Assembly (NCBI GenBank): GCA_001818495.1
Contig: MHKS01000005.1
Location: 466,584-530,583, forward strand
Reading direction: 5' to 3'
DNA from: Candidatus Komeilibacteria bacterium RIFOXYD1_FULL_37_29
GTDB lineage: Bacteria > Patescibacteriota > Patescibacteriia > UBA1558 > GWA2-36-10
DNA length: 64,000 bases
The notes beneath the pieces were generated by a model. That model was not told the origin of the DNA and searched no databases. It worked only from the letters and a program-made list of their open reading frames with translations. Both the position numbers and the translations under genes were made by a program. This document shows, in pieces, positions 63,419-64,000 of the stretch (position 1 is its first letter; the number at the start of each line of letters is the position of its first letter).

Positions 63419-63981
63419 ATATCCAAATCAATGATACTACAAGTTAGTAAACCAGCAGCATTACCTTCATCGGTATCTAGATGTATAGCGGTGCTATAGT
63501 TTCCTACTCGCGCCACAATCTCCCTTAATTCCAAACTTCTTGGTCCTTTGATCAAAGCTTTTAACTTTTGACCGTTTTTTATATGCCATTTTTTGGCATC
63601 AGCTAAAGAAATATGTAAATGCCTTTGTGGCACTATAATTCCTTCGTTTAGTTTAACGCTACCCCGCGGTCCTTTCAAAGTCAGACCACCCGGACTACCA
63701 GCTAAATCACCAGACACACGAATGGCTGGCTTGACTCCCAAAATACGAGCATCAGTTAAAGCCAGCTCCACTTGAGTTTGTGGTCTGACTGGACCAACGA
63801 TACGCATAGACAATTTGCCTTTGGGGCCAGTTACTTCTACTTTTTCTTCAGAGGCAAACTCTCCGGGTTGAGATAGATCTTTAATTGGTTTGAGCTGATA
63901 AGCACTGCCAAAAAGTTTGTCCAAATGCTTCCGGGAAATATGTAGATGCCGAGCGGAAATTTCCGCTTTGATTCTTTTCAT
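63415..63981 (-). CDS. PduL-type phosphate acyltransferase (phosphotransacetylase).
   Basis: Two PduL repeats are present, ISARHLHISRKHLDKLFG and VPQRHLHISLADAKKWHI. Length is 188 aa. Confidence 0.75.
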   Translation of the reverse strand: MKRIKAEISARHLHISRKHLDKLFGSAYQLKPIKDLSQPGEFASEEKVEVTGPKGKLSMRIVGPVRPQTQVELALTDARILGVKPAIRVSGDLAGSPGGLTLKGPRGSVKLNEGIIVPQRHLHISLADAKKWHIKNGQKLKALIKGPRSLELREIVARVGNYSTAIHLDTDEGNAAGLLTCSIIDLDI

Positions 63982-64000
63982 ATAATTATAAATTATATTT

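Noticed and set aside
1-64000. CRISPR arrays, IS elements or transposases, and rRNA genes
   Set aside because: No regularly spaced short direct repeats were seen. No transposase- or integrase-like ORFs are present in the window. No rRNA-like GC-rich segments of appropriate length were seen.

Overview
This window is a low-GC (about 33-36%) bacterial chromosome segment with compact gene spacing. It resembles a CPR/Patescibacteria-like genome, but that is a composition-based guess, not a verified placement. Almost every gene is on the minus strand. The content is mainly housekeeping: hpf-secA, secD/secF, alaS, proS, mnmA, lepA, dnaX, holB, recJ, rnhA, frr, rseP, ddl and uppS. An elongasome cluster carries two MreB paralogs, a cell-envelope glycan locus carries murJ and four GT4 genes, and a PduL-type pta sits beside ackA. 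There is an archaeal-type AMP phosphorylase, one tRNA-Gln(CTG) and a bacterial type-A RNase P RNA with a textbook promoter. The main candidate for a novel system is two paralogous VirB4/VirD4-superfamily ATPase modules, one split into two adjacent genes and one fused, plus a tandem pair of VirB2/TrbC-like pilin genes beside tRNA-Gln with a 20-bp repeat of the tRNA 3' end. Other points are a parvulin PPIase domain inside SecD, a 1609-aa repeat protein, two ORFs with anomalous GC and a GC-rich ORF-poor segment.
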